The notes beneath the pieces are model-generated. The model was not told where the DNA came from, searched no databases, and saw only the letters and a list, made by a program, of their open reading frames with translations. From an uncultured Methanosarcinaceae archaeon (GTDB lineage Archaea; Halobacteriota; Methanosarcinia; Methanosarcinales; Methanosarcinaceae), in contig CAWJYV010000004.1 in assembly GCA_963847185.1 (NCBI GenBank), forward strand, positions 96,001-160,000: a stretch of 64,000 bases of DNA, in the 5' to 3' direction. Within the stretch, counting starts at the first letter, position 1. The number at the start of each line of letters is the position of its first letter. Of the stretch, positions 1-10,954 are shown piece after piece. Made by a program: the position numbers and the translations under genes.

Positions 1-542
1 TTCTTTTTTAAGAATTAGCTGGGATTATTTTTTGGGCAAATCACTATACACAATCATAAGTGTGATATTTAAGTTCATCATCTCACAAAAATAACTGTCT
101 AAAGCTTACTTGAATTTATATTTCATTATAAATTCGATAAATTGATTATAAAATAACAAACTTAAATATATATTTTCCTATTTGCTTCGACTTCTCTGCT
201 GCAATCATTCTGTATTTAATTCAACAGTTTCTGGGGGATCAGCCAATTCTTTCGAATTCGAATTATTTGGTGGAATATTTCATTTTTTCTCGTAAATTTG
301 AGTTCCGTTTTGTGGAAGCGCACAAATATCACAACATTCTCAAGTAAAAGGAGTCTGAAAGACTCATTTTATCTTTATTGAAAGTATGGGAAAAATAGAC
401 AAAAATTATACACCTATATAGTCCTTCGTTTTTCGGAAATCTATATATGAAATATGCTTTATAACACGCATTTAAAATCAGTGTCATATATTAAAAACAT
501 TATATATTAGTGAAATATTAAGTGAAATGAGGAAACGGAAAT

Positions 543-848
543 ATGCTATTATTAGGTATAACGACTTTTGAACCCGAAAATAGTGCGGAGTTGCTTAAAC
601 GATGGAAACATGTGAAAAGTACGGCTTCTCGAGAAGGGTTTAAAATCATTAACCAGTGGTTTGATGCGGGAGGAGGCCGTGTAATTACTTTATTTGATGT
701 AGAGACTGTAAAAGATTATATTGCTTACAACCTCCCATTTATCGACTTGTGCCAAGTTGATGTTTTTCCAGTTATGGAAGCAAGTGAATTTAAACAGTTC
801 GTTTCAAAATATATGGAAAAACTAAGTAATGTAAAGGACTCTCCATAG
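543..848 (+). CDS. DUF3303-like small protein
   Basis: 101-aa ORF with W-x-D-x-x-GGR-x-I and VDVFPV pattern typical of this small ferredoxin-like family; AT-rich TATA region upstream. Confidence 0.6.
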   Translation: MLLLGITTFEPENSAELLKRWKHVKSTASREGFKIINQWFDAGGGRVITLFDVETVKDYIAYNLPFIDLCQVDVFPVMEASEFKQFVSKYMEKLSNVKDSP

Positions 849-1081
849 AGTACAGAACCTGTAAGTTTGCGACATTTTGGTACATTCAAATACTTCGAGG
901 CTCGCTAGAGGATGAAAACTGCTTCAGAACAGTATGGGAGTCATTTACTCGAACAAAAACCAAAGTAAAATGAAACACAAGAAAAAACAAAAAGCATCGT
1001 AATTTTGAGCTCTAGATATTGAAAAAGTATTAATTATAATCGTCTAGTTCCATTAACAATAAAATTCTATTGTCATAAATT

Positions 1082-1786
1082 TCAGCAAACTTTTAGCATT
1101 TTATTTCCACCCTTTTGAAACTCGTATGCTACCTTTACTTCCGTCACATTTAGGTTTTCCGCTCTTAAGAACTCAATTACTGTATCAAGATATAGCGATA
1201 TTTTGGAATTTACATCCACCAGCGGAAATACTCTGACCTCATTTGAAACCCTGCATAACTCTTCCAGCGATTTTAAATGAAATTCCAGCGATAGGTTATC
1301 CGTATAGAGGAATAGCAAATGTGAGCAAAGGGCCAGATCAAATTCCTTGTCACCAAAAGGCAGTAAAGGTAATTCACCTGGCACATATCTCTTCTGCAGT
1401 ATGCCTTCCGGGAAATCGTCCAGAAATTTCGTCATTGCTAACATCCTGACTCTTTCAAGTTCCTCAACTGAGCTGATTTCTTGCCAGATGAATTTATCCT
1501 TATTTTTCCGGGTCTGGCCAATTATGTTATCGGAAGTTTCATCGATCCTATCTCTAATCTGCTCAGCACTGAAATTGTAAATAGGATCAACAGATATGAT
1601 ATTCCCACCTCGCTCCGTAAGCTCTGCATTAAAACTTGCCGGACCGTCCCCACAACCCATAATCTTTCGTTTGAGATCAGCAGGTGTCAGGCTAAACATT
1701 CTGACGTACTCGTCGAAAGATCTTCCCCAGGGTTTGACATTATCATACGCAATTGCCATAATTTGTACACTAAAGTATGGAATCAT
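1082..1786 (-). CDS. SAM-dependent methyltransferase
   Basis: Motif I-like GCGDGPASF, FDLALCSHLLF, EVRVFPL; the true start may be the second Met (MAIAY). Confidence 0.75.
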   Translation of the reverse strand: MIPYFSVQIMAIAYDNVKPWGRSFDEYVRMFSLTPADLKRKIMGCGDGPASFNAELTERGGNIISVDPIYNFSAEQIRDRIDETSDNIIGQTRKNKDKFIWQEISSVEELERVRMLAMTKFLDDFPEGILQKRYVPGELPLLPFGDKEFDLALCSHLLFLYTDNLSLEFHLKSLEELCRVSNEVRVFPLVDVNSKISLYLDTVIEFLRAENLNVTEVKVAYEFQKGGNKMLKVC

Positions 1787-1818
1787 ACAGCTTATATATA
1801 AATTATTCTTGCAATTTT

Positions 1819-4800
1819 TTATTTTTCATGTCTACTGGCTTCGGACTTTCCATAACCTCCACCTCCAGGGGTTTCTATCATAAATACATCTCCGCTTTTC
1901 AGCTTTAATTCAGCCTGTCCTCCAACCTCGATAATGCTACCATCCCTGCGGATAAGCGTGTTCTTTCCACATCTTCCGGACATACCGCCGTTTAGCCCGA
2001 AAGGTGGGAATTTTCTGTGGCTTGAGAGAATTGCAGCGTCCATCTCTTTCAGAAACCTGAGTTTTCGGACAACCCCGTTTCCGCCTCTGAATTTGCCTTC
2101 TCCCCCGCTTCCCCGCCGGATGGAGAATTCCTCAAGCAAAACAGGAAACCTTGTTTCAAGGATTTCAGGATCGGTAATTCTGGAGTTGGTCATGTGCGTA
2201 TGAACAGCGTCCGTTCCTGAAAAATAAGGGCCTGCCCCTGTGCCACCGCAGATGGTTTCATAATACTGAAATTCGGAGTTCCCGAAAGTGAAGTTATTCA
2301 TTGTACCCTGAGAGGCTGCCAGGGTCCCCAGGGCTCCGAAAAGGGCGTCAACAATGTACTGCGAAGTTTCGACATTGCCTGCAACAACCGCAGCAGGAGA
2401 TTTCGGCCTGAGCATTGACCCGTCAGGGATGATTATTTCAAGCGGCCTTAAACAGCCCGCGTTCAAGGGAATTTCACTTTTTACAAGCGTCCTAAAAGCA
2501 TAGAGGACAGCAGCCAGACAAACAGAAGCAGGAGCATTGAAATTATTTTGAAGCTGGGAAGAAGTACCTGTAAAATCTATTTTGGCACTTCGGTTCTTGC
2601 GGTCAATTATAACTTTTATTTTTATTGAGTTTCCGTCATCAAGCATGTAGGTGAATTCTCCGTCTGAAAGCCTGTCAATAACTCTTCTGACGGCTTCTTC
2701 AGCATTATCCTGCACATGGCCCATATAAGCTTCAACGGTTTCGAGGGAAAACTCTTCGACCATCCTGAATAGCTCCTGAAGCCCTTTTTCATTTGCAGCT
2801 ATCTGTGCCCTAATGTCAGCCATGTTCTGTTCCGGATTTCTTGCAGGGTATTTTCCTGAGTTCAACCATGACTTTAGTTTCTCTTCACAGAAACGGCCTT
2901 CTTGAACTATTTTCATTCCTTCACTTAACACTCCTTCTTCTTCAATATTCCTGCTTCCTGGAGGCACAGACCCCGGGCTGATTCCTCCTACATCGGCATG
3001 GTGACCCCTGGAAGCCAGATAGAACAGAACTTCTTCTGAAAGAGCTTCTTCAGACCTGTTGCCAAACATAGGAGTTACAACCGTGATATCAGGCAGATGA
3101 GTGCCTCCATGATAGGGAGAATTTATCAGAAAAACATCTCCTGCATACATTTCCTTAAACTGAGTTCGAATAATAGATTTCACGCATTCCCCCATGGAAC
3201 CAAGGTGCACAGGGATGTGAGGGGCGTTTGCTATCAGGTTTCCATCTCTATCAAAAACAGCACAGGAGAAATCCAGCCGTTCCTTAATATTCACGGAGTA
3301 AGCTGTGTTCTGTAGAGTATATCCCATCTGTTCGGCAACTGACATGAATCTGTTATTGAAGATCTCGAGCATCACAGGGTCAGTTTCTGTCCCTATGGCT
3401 GTACGGGTAAGAAGGGGAACTTTACGGGTCAGGAATAGATGATTACACTCGGTAATCTCTCCTTCCCACCCTGGCTCAAGAATAATAGTAGTATTTTTCT
3501 CAATAAGGATTGCAGGCCCGTTTATACAGGCTCCGGGTTTGAGTTCGTCCCTCCGGAAAACAGGTGTCTCATGAAACTCTCCATAGCTGAACATCTGAAC
3601 CGTAGATATGGGAGAAAAAATAGCATTTGATTCGTTTTCCAGAATAGGATCAGAAACTCTTTCATTAATTCCGATGATCTCCACAGAAACGGCTTCAACA
3701 ACCATGGATTTACCTTCCATAACGAATCCAAAGCGTTTTCTGTGCGCTTCCTCAAAAGCAGTTCTAAGAGTATCTTTATCCGCAAAATTCACATCTAACT
3801 GCGTATCCGAGCCTGCATAACGAGTGTGAATCCTAAAAAGTGCAGCAATGAAATCCTCCTGCACTCCCTGTTCCAGCATCAGTAAGCGTCCTTCATTCTC
3901 AAGCTCGGAAAATACTGTTTTTAATCTCTCCACGAGATTTTCTGAAAGTTCAGCTCCTATATAACGCTCTTTTATCAGTCTCTGGTCTGCAATTCCCATT
4001 CCATATGCTGAAAGGACGCCTGCATAAGGGTGAATGAAAATACTCTTAATTCCAAGGTTGTCTGCAACCCTGCAGGCGTGCTGAGCTCCGGCTCCTCCAA
4101 AACAACAGAGAGTATATTCTTTTATATTGTATCCTCTCTGGACGGAAATTTTCTTTATGGCGTTTGCCATATTCTCAACTGCGACCGAAAGGAAACCTTC
4201 TGCTACCTGTTCAGGAGTTTTGAGGCTATTTTCACCGGAAGGATTTTTTTCAGAGGGTTCATTTCCAGGAGATTCGTTTCCAGAAGATTCATTTTCAGAA
4301 GATTCGTTTTCAGAGAACTCATTTTCGGAAATTTCTTTTGCAAGCTCTGTGAATTTCCTGCGCACCAGTTCGGAATCAAGATCCTGGTCTGCACTGGGTC
4401 CAAAAAGGTTCGGGAAAAACTCGGGTCGCAATTTCCCAAGCATGACATTGGAGTCGGTAACAGTCAATGGCCCTCCTTTTCGATAAGATGCAGGTCCAGG
4501 GTCAGAACCTGCAGAATCCGGCCCTACTCTGAACCGGCCCCCTTCGTAATGTAATATGGAACCTCCTCCAGCTGCAACCGTATGGATGCGCATCATAGGA
4601 GAGCGCAAATGTACACCTGCAATTTCGGTTTCAAGACTGCGCTCGTATTCCCCACTATACTGGGCTACGTCTGTGGATGTTCCCCCCATATCGAAAGTGA
4701 TAACCTTTTTTGCTCCTGCCATGACAGATGTTGCAACTGCCCCCACGATTCCGCCTGCAGGCCCGGACAGAATGCAGTCCTTGCCCTGAAAAGCTTCAGC

Positions 4801-5688
4801 ATCTATAAGCCCTCCGCTAGACTGCATGAACATTAGTCTGGGACTTTTATTTGTTTCTCGTTTTTCTCCCCTTACCTTTTTCTCGCCTTTATTTCCTTTT
4901 ACTTCTTCTCCAACCTCTAGTTTCCCAGACCCATTTTCTTCTTTTTCTTCTCTTTCCCCTCTTTCTTCCAGAGTTTCCTGAACCATGTCAACATACCTGC
5001 GGAGCACAGGAGAAAGATACGCATCCACAACAGTTGTTTCTCCCCTGCTCACGAGTTTTATCAGCGGGCTTGTCTGATGAGATAAGGATACCTGTGTAAA
5101 ACCTATTTCTCTAGCTAGCCTTTCAAGCTTAAGTTCATGCTCAGGATATCTGTATGCATGCATAAGAACAACGGCAGTTGACCGAATCCCTTCTTTGAAA
5201 GCTATTTCAAGCTCTTTTTTTGCGTTTTCAAGATCCAGATGCACAAGCTCTTTCCCGTCTGCTGAAAGTCTTCCGGAGACCTCAATAACCCTTTCGTAAA
5301 GCTGCTCCGGAAGTTCGATCTTTTGAGCGAAAATATCCGGGCGGTTCTGATACCCGATCCTTAAAGCATCCCCAAAACCCTTATTTATAACAAGAACAGT
5401 ACGCTCCCCTTTTCTCTCAAGAAGCGCGTTTGTGCCAACTGTTGTCCCCATCTTTACGGACTCTATCAGTTCTGCAGGCAAGGATGCATCTGCAGGCAGC
5501 CCCAGAATCTGACAAATTCCATTAATAGCCGCATCTTTATAATGAGAAGGGTCTTCGGAAAGTAGTTTGTGTGTGATCAGTTTTCCATCAGGGCTGCGGG
5601 CAACGATATCAGTAAATGTGCCTCCACGGTCTATCCAGAATTGCCATTGGGCTTTGGGGGACATGAAAGGAATAATTGCACAGGTCAT
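1819..5688 (-). CDS. oplA: 5-oxoprolinase (ATP-hydrolysing), fused hydantoinase A/B
   Basis: IDRGGTFTD, DMGGTSTD, TVAAGGGS, SVNIKERLDFSCA, HIPVHLGSM and ETPGGGGYG motifs; 1289 aa. Confidence 0.93.
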   Translation of the reverse strand: MTCAIIPFMSPKAQWQFWIDRGGTFTDIVARSPDGKLITHKLLSEDPSHYKDAAINGICQILGLPADASLPAELIESVKMGTTVGTNALLERKGERTVLVINKGFGDALRIGYQNRPDIFAQKIELPEQLYERVIEVSGRLSADGKELVHLDLENAKKELEIAFKEGIRSTAVVLMHAYRYPEHELKLERLAREIGFTQVSLSHQTSPLIKLVSRGETTVVDAYLSPVLRRYVDMVQETLEERGEREEKEENGSGKLEVGEEVKGNKGEKKVRGEKRETNKSPRLMFMQSSGGLIDAEAFQGKDCILSGPAGGIVGAVATSVMAGAKKVITFDMGGTSTDVAQYSGEYERSLETEIAGVHLRSPMMRIHTVAAGGGSILHYEGGRFRVGPDSAGSDPGPASYRKGGPLTVTDSNVMLGKLRPEFFPNLFGPSADQDLDSELVRRKFTELAKEISENEFSENESSENESSGNESPGNEPSEKNPSGENSLKTPEQVAEGFLSVAVENMANAIKKISVQRGYNIKEYTLCCFGGAGAQHACRVADNLGIKSIFIHPYAGVLSAYGMGIADQRLIKERYIGAELSENLVERLKTVFSELENEGRLLMLEQGVQEDFIAALFRIHTRYAGSDTQLDVNFADKDTLRTAFEEAHRKRFGFVMEGKSMVVEAVSVEIIGINERVSDPILENESNAIFSPISTVQMFSYGEFHETPVFRRDELKPGACINGPAILIEKNTTIILEPGWEGEITECNHLFLTRKVPLLTRTAIGTETDPVMLEIFNNRFMSVAEQMGYTLQNTAYSVNIKERLDFSCAVFDRDGNLIANAPHIPVHLGSMGECVKSIIRTQFKEMYAGDVFLINSPYHGGTHLPDITVVTPMFGNRSEEALSEEVLFYLASRGHHADVGGISPGSVPPGSRNIEEEGVLSEGMKIVQEGRFCEEKLKSWLNSGKYPARNPEQNMADIRAQIAANEKGLQELFRMVEEFSLETVEAYMGHVQDNAEEAVRRVIDRLSDGEFTYMLDDGNSIKIKVIIDRKNRSAKIDFTGTSSQLQNNFNAPASVCLAAVLYAFRTLVKSEIPLNAGCLRPLEIIIPDGSMLRPKSPAAVVAGNVETSQYIVDALFGALGTLAASQGTMNNFTFGNSEFQYYETICGGTGAGPYFSGTDAVHTHMTNSRITDPEILETRFPVLLEEFSIRRGSGGEGKFRGGNGVVRKLRFLKEMDAAILSSHRKFPPFGLNGGMSGRCGKNTLIRRDGSIIEVGGQAELKLKSGDVFMIETPGGGGYGKSEASRHEK
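4250..4335 (-). repeat. Intragenic 15-bp tandem repeats encoding SENE(F/S)/(S/P)GNE(S/P) insertion
   Basis: Protein reads SENEFSENESSENESSGNESPGNEPSEKN. Confidence 0.7.
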
Positions 5689-5754
5689 ATTAATTATTAA
5701 TCAGAGCTTTTAGCTTGCATAAGCGTAAAGTTATTTTTAATATATTGTTCCTTC

Positions 5755-6680
5755 TAGTGCATCGATTCCTAATTAATTCCTCTTTTTATACTATAATTTT
5801 TCCAGGCATTTCACCTCTTTCTTCCATTTTATATTTCCATGTAAAAATGACTGGCTTTTCGTTAATCTGATCTATATATTGACTAATTCTTTCCCTTGAT
5901 TCCTTTATCGATTCTACTCTTATTCCTCTCAGCAAGCTTCTTACCATTTTACTGAAAAAACTTTCAATAATGTTTAACCACGAAGCATGTTTGGGTGTGA
6001 ATATAAATTCAAATTTATCAGGAACAGTTTTCAGGTATTCTCGAGTTTCTATTGATGTATGTACTTTGTAATTATCCATCAGAATTTTGATTTTTTCTTT
6101 TGGGTAAATTAACTCCAGTTCTTTAAGGAATTGTATGAATTCCCAGCTTTTATGTTTCTCAAATACTTTATAATGAATTTTTCCTGATATCAAATCAATT
6201 CCAGCTAATAGTGAAATAGTTCCATGTCTTTTGTATTCATAATCTCTTGCTATTGTGGAATAACGCCCTTCTACTGGCATAAGATCTGGATAAACATTGC
6301 CAATTGCTTGAATACCTGGTCTTTCATCGTAGGAAATAATCACTGTATTAATTTCTTCTTTTTTTCATTTTTCCACTTAATTTTTTAGCCTCTCTATATG
6401 TGGCTAAGACATTGGCTGCTTTTTGATCAAACTCTGGATCAACTTTAGCAATATAAGAGCCAATTTTATGCGGTTTTATATTACTTGCATTGAGAATCTT
6501 TGAAACTGTTCCTTGATTTATCTTCGATAAATCAGGATGCCCCTCTTTAATACAATTTTCCCGGATATGTTTTACAAGAAGTCGCTGCGTCCATATTTCA
6601 TGAGGATAACCAAAATCCTTTGGTTTCATACATGCAAGTGAGACTAACCAAGCTCGTGATTCAGCGAGAATACCTTGGTG
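5755..6680 (-). mobile_element. IS630-family transposase remnant (frameshifted, 5'-truncated)
   Basis: ORFs 6348-6629 (HTH, WTQRLL) and 5786-6343 (SYDE, YKRHGT, MDNYKVH, PKHASWLNIIE DDE motifs) lie in different frames. Confidence 0.85.
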
Positions 6681-6699
6681 TCTTCATTTCTGAATTTAT

Positions 6700-7676
6700 C
6701 TGCTAAGCCTTCTGTCAAAGGGGTCACAGATTCCGTTGAAATTCTCAGATCCTGAAGTTGAAAAGAGGTCTTTTGATATCTATGAAACATTCAGTGAAGG
6801 TGATTTTAAATGAACAACTTCAACGATGAGATACTTCACACTAACCTGCAGTACCTGGAACTGATACTATTGAAGAGCTTCTGGACAACTGCCTTGAAAT
6901 TGCTGCAAGGGACAGCAAAACAACAATGGAAGTCCTTGATTATCTGTTTGAACAGGAAAAGAAACACAGGGAATCTACTGCAATTGAAAGGAGAATGAAA
7001 AGTGCAGTTTTCCCTGTGAAAAAGACTTTTGAGGAATTAGATTTTAAGTTTCAGTCCTCTATTTATAAAAAGTCACAGAAGACCTTGCAACCTTGAGATT
7101 TGTTCATAATTCAGAGGATGTTGTTTTGCTCGGTCCTCCTGGAATTGGAAAGTCTCACCTCACAATTTCTCTTGGAATTAAGGGTGCAGAAGCAGGAATT
7201 TCGGTTTACTTTACCAATGCAGGAAACCTTATTGAAAGGTTGAGACTCGCAAATAGAGAAGGAATGCTTGAAAAGAAACACAGGGACTTGATGAAGTATA
7301 AAGTGCTGATAATTGATGAAATGGGCTATCTTCCATTTGATGAAGAAGGAGCCCACTGTTTATTTCAGCTGATTTCCAGACGTTGGGAAAAGAGTTCAAC
7401 TATCTTGACGTCGAATAAGTCATGTGGAGGGTGGGGAGAGATATTCAAGGACCATGTAATAGCGGCTGCTGTACTTGATAGAATACTCCATCATTGTACG
7501 ATAATTAACATCAAAGGGGAAAGTTACAGGCTGAAAGAAAGTAAGAAGCAAGGAATAAAAACAGGAAATATGTGCCAGTAATTTCTAAAAAGTTTATGAA
7601 AAATTGAGTAAACTCTATATCAAAAGGTGAGGAAAATAATCCGGCCAAAGTGGGGAAAAGCAAACCGGCCTTGACA
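6700..7676 (+). mobile_element. istB: IS21-family remnant: istA C-terminus, frameshifted istB, right end
   Basis: GPPGIGKS, LIIDEMGY, TSNK, LDRILHH, GESYR in 7093-7581; istA tail SDPEVEKRSFDIYE; repeated terminal boxes ending TTGACA at 7676. Confidence 0.85.
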
Positions 7677-7860
7677 AGCCTGAAAGCCGGATTTGATAAG
7701 AATGGTTCTACATTACTATATTTTATACGGGGATTGTAATAATCATTGGAGTTGTCCAGACAGACAACCTCTTCACCATGCTTTAATAATGCGTCGCATA
7801 GATGGGATCCTATAAAACCTGCACCACCAGTAACTAAGCACAATATAATAAAAAAATGTG
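7677..7860 (-). pseudogene. NAD-dependent epimerase/dehydratase N-terminal fragment, cut at the IS21 end
   Basis: [13 protein letters not shown]...VCLDN Rossmann motif; homology stops at the IS21 terminus. Confidence 0.8.
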
Positions 7861-8206
7861 CAAATTTTTATTTATACCTATCGAACAACCTATCAGGCTT
7901 TCTGTAGCGATGGAAATTTCTTTGAAAACAGTTTTTACTATCTCTGCACATTTTTAATTACATTTGTACTTTAAGAAAGTCTTACTCAGTACACAGTGGA
8001 TTTATTGCTCACACTTTTCTCCCCAACATCAGTTGGAAGAAAGAGAGTGAATGATAATCAATCTGATAATCAATCCATCAACGATGATGTTTATTCTCTT
8101 GTTACAGATTGTCAATGAAGCGACATGTCTAAATAACATTAATGTTACGTAATTGCTTTGGGATTATTTTATAAGAGTTCAGGGATTAGCGTTTCAAAAC
8201 CAGGCT

Positions 8207-8701
8207 TCAAAGCTTCACTCCATCATCGGTTATCGTAATGTTACAAGTCCCAACAAAGAAAGCATCGTGAATGGCTACACCGTTTACGGTTTGCCGGGGG
8301 GTATCGTCTATTTCCACTGTACGATCGGTTATATGAATTTTCCTGTCCCCTGCATAAAAAGTTCCGGTCACTGCAAGGTATCCATCTTCTGTAATTCTGG
8401 CATTGAAAATAACATTACCACCCTCTTTCCTTGCCAGCGTAAGACCATTTCCTTTCTCGATTTCTCCTTGCACATCGAATTTTTCGTCAATTTGAATAAA
8501 CTCGTTTTTGTCAATTTTTGCTACAAGTTCGGAATTCTTGTCTCGGATTTCCGTTGTCAAAACCAAAACGCCATCGCAGTTTTCTAGAGTAAACAAATGT
8601 GTTTTGTCTCCGGTGCTTTTATCTGCCTGATACGACACTGTATACAGTGGATCTGCGTACATATTTGATCCGAGAATTAACATATAATCATCTTGAGCCA
8701 T
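8207..8701 (-). CDS. hypothetical protein (beta-rich)
   Basis: 164-aa ORF with GGGTGAG RBS; no recognisable family. Confidence 0.65.
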   Translation of the reverse strand: MAQDDYMLILGSNMYADPLYTVSYQADKSTGDKTHLFTLENCDGVLVLTTEIRDKNSELVAKIDKNEFIQIDEKFDVQGEIEKGNGLTLARKEGGNVIFNARITEDGYLAVTGTFYAGDRKIHITDRTVEIDDTPRQTVNGVAIHDAFFVGTCNITITDDGVKL

Positions 8702-9264
8702 GTCATACTCACCCGTAAGTTTTTACCACATAATGATAGATGGAATTGTATAAAATGATTCTTAACTGATATTTAAGCGGAAAGTTAAAGAGGCTGATTA
8801 TAAAATTATACTCTTTTTTCTTGACACTTCTTTGATGGCTTTTGAATGTATTTCATTTAACCTGTTATTTCATTTAACCTATTTATCCTGCTTGATAAAG
8901 TCTACTATAAGTGTTTTGAATGAAAAGAAGAACTAGAGATCCTGTAGCAATATTAGGTTTAAGCCTAATGCTATCATTTCTTGCTGATCTAAAGAGCAGT
9001 TTTCTCTGCAGGTGACTTTTACATCTAAGTTCCAGATATTTATTCGTTAACTTATTGAGCTATTTCCCAGAAAAGATATTAATCATAATTATTAATTATA
9101 GATACTGCAAAAGTAAAATAATATAAAGTAATATATTAAAAATTGAAACCAAATATAAAGTGAGAAAATGAAGGAAGACAATCTGAAGCTAAGGTAACCT
9201 GCTATAAAAATGTATAGAAGCCAGCCAAGGCAAACAGAACCGAAATTAAACTGTCTAAAGAGGG

Positions 9265-9612
9265 ATTTCAATTCGTGAAGTAAGAGATTATATCCAGGAT
9301 ATCTATAATGCAATGGAAGCGGCAGAAGAATTTGTCAGCAACTGGACATTTGAGAAGTTTGCTGCAGATCGCAAGACACAGTTTGCAGTAATTCGGGCTC
9401 TGGAGCTTATTGGCGAAGCAGCAGAAAATATCTCCTGCGAAGTGCGTGAAAAGTATCCATCTGTCCCATGGAAAAACCTGGAAAGAATGAAGGATGAGTT
9501 AATCCACACTCACTTCGGCATCAACCTGAAAGTTGCCTGGATGTCCGTAAAAGAAGGCATATTCGAAGCGAAACCGGATATAAGATATATTCTGAATGAG
9601 ATGAGAAATTAG
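9265..9612 (+). CDS. DUF86/HepT-like ribonuclease, orphan and probably degenerate
   Basis: AVIRALELIGEAA...PW...KDELIH; the frame extends upstream of ATG 9313 (ISIREVRDYIQDIYNAM) to ATT at 9265. Confidence 0.7.
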   Translation: MSIREVRDYIQDIYNAMEAAEEFVSNWTFEKFAADRKTQFAVIRALELIGEAAENISCEVREKYPSVPWKNLERMKDELIHTHFGINLKVAWMSVKEGIFEAKPDIRYILNEMRN

Positions 9613-10716
9613 AGCTATTCTGTTTATTGAAACCAAGAATAAATTCCACTCTATTTTCTCATTTAGGTTCTATTCTCCCATTTAGGCTCTATTTTCTATA
9701 AGTGTGATTTGTTAGCATAAATTTCTCAGCCAGACTAGATTTCCTAAAAACTAACAGCTGCTTACTCAAGTTACAGGCAGAAATTCAAATAAATGATTTA
9801 ATTGGTATAAAAAATATCAGATAGTGTTCCCAATTTATTGATTAGGAATTTTAAACATTATGATTCCGGCTCTTCGCTGTCTTGTATGGATTTAAAATAA
9901 TTGCCTGGTTGAAAAATGACTGTTTCGGATAGAGAAACCTCGATCTTGAATATGTTTTTTCCAGATAAATTGTGTTCAAACATTACCCATATTTAGAAAG
10001 CAATTATAAATTATCCACTCGAAATAGCGAAAAGCCTTAAATATTTGTGTTAGGAGATCAAAAAAGCAGATTATTAACTAATTCACAGAATAAAGTATAA
10101 CAGAAGGCTCTTTAGCTAAAAAAAGTATGTAGGGGAGCCGCAGTGATAATTCAAGAAAATATCACGCTTTAGAATTGTAATGTGTACAATAGCAGTTTTA
10201 GGTCCTGATACAGACGCTTGAAGCATTTTTCTTCAAATAGGATAAAATACTAGCTTTAATATGGTAGGACTTAAACAGTGGAACTGAAAACAACAGAATC
10301 TACAGGATTCTTTCTTATCGGCTACAGGGTAGCAAAGTCTGTTGGATCGTTTCCTTTAATTGATCAAATCTGAAAAAAGCTCTTAATGCTATTGTTTTTC
10401 AGTTAAATGAATTATTTTTATGAATAAAATTAGGTGAGACTCATTCGCCAGCCTTTTTTGGCGAATTCCTGTCAATTTCAGGAAAGGATCTACAAAACAG
10501 ATCAGACTTTAATATGATTAAGTTCTCCTGTTTCTGTAGTCCGCCGAAAGGCTGTACGAATGTGTCTTCATGGATTTTACGTTTTATGGAGTGTCTAAGA
10601 CAGATTATATTCTATTCTTTCACTGTTTAGATAGCTAATAATTTATCTAAACAGCTTTTAATCCATGATGCGATTATTCAGCGGTCGGCGATTAGGATCA
10701 CTGCCGAAGCAATCGA

Positions 10717-10954
10717 TTAATCCCACCAGCCGCCGCGGCCTCTGCGACCTATGGCGCAGGCTCTACGAATTACGGTTGTTGCGCAAAGCCCTCGGTCCAC
10801 AGCCTCCGCCACAGCCACCGTCAAAGCCTCCCCAGCCTCCGCCGCAGCCTCCACCGCAGCCTCCAAAGCCACCGCAGCCTCCGCCACCAAAGCCAAATCC
10901 ACGATCAAACCCACGTCCTCTACCAAATCCACCAAATCCACCAAATCCGAACAT
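10717..10954 (-). CDS. Gly/Cys-rich peptide C (63 aa as written; probable 1-nt frameshift to a ...GGWWD end)
   Basis: GGGGGT RBS then MFGFGGFGG...GGCGGGCG; the +1 frame continues RGLCATTVIRRACAIGRRGRGGWWD* to 10717. Confidence 0.7.

Noticed and set aside
6713-6722. TGTCAA as the IS21 left end
   Set aside because: It lies inside the istA reading frame (LSKGSQIPLKF), and there is no directly abutting target duplication
10660-10765. Pyrrolysine readthrough of the TAG ending peptide C
   Set aside because: The readthrough sequence has no family character, while the +1 frame gives the GGWW end
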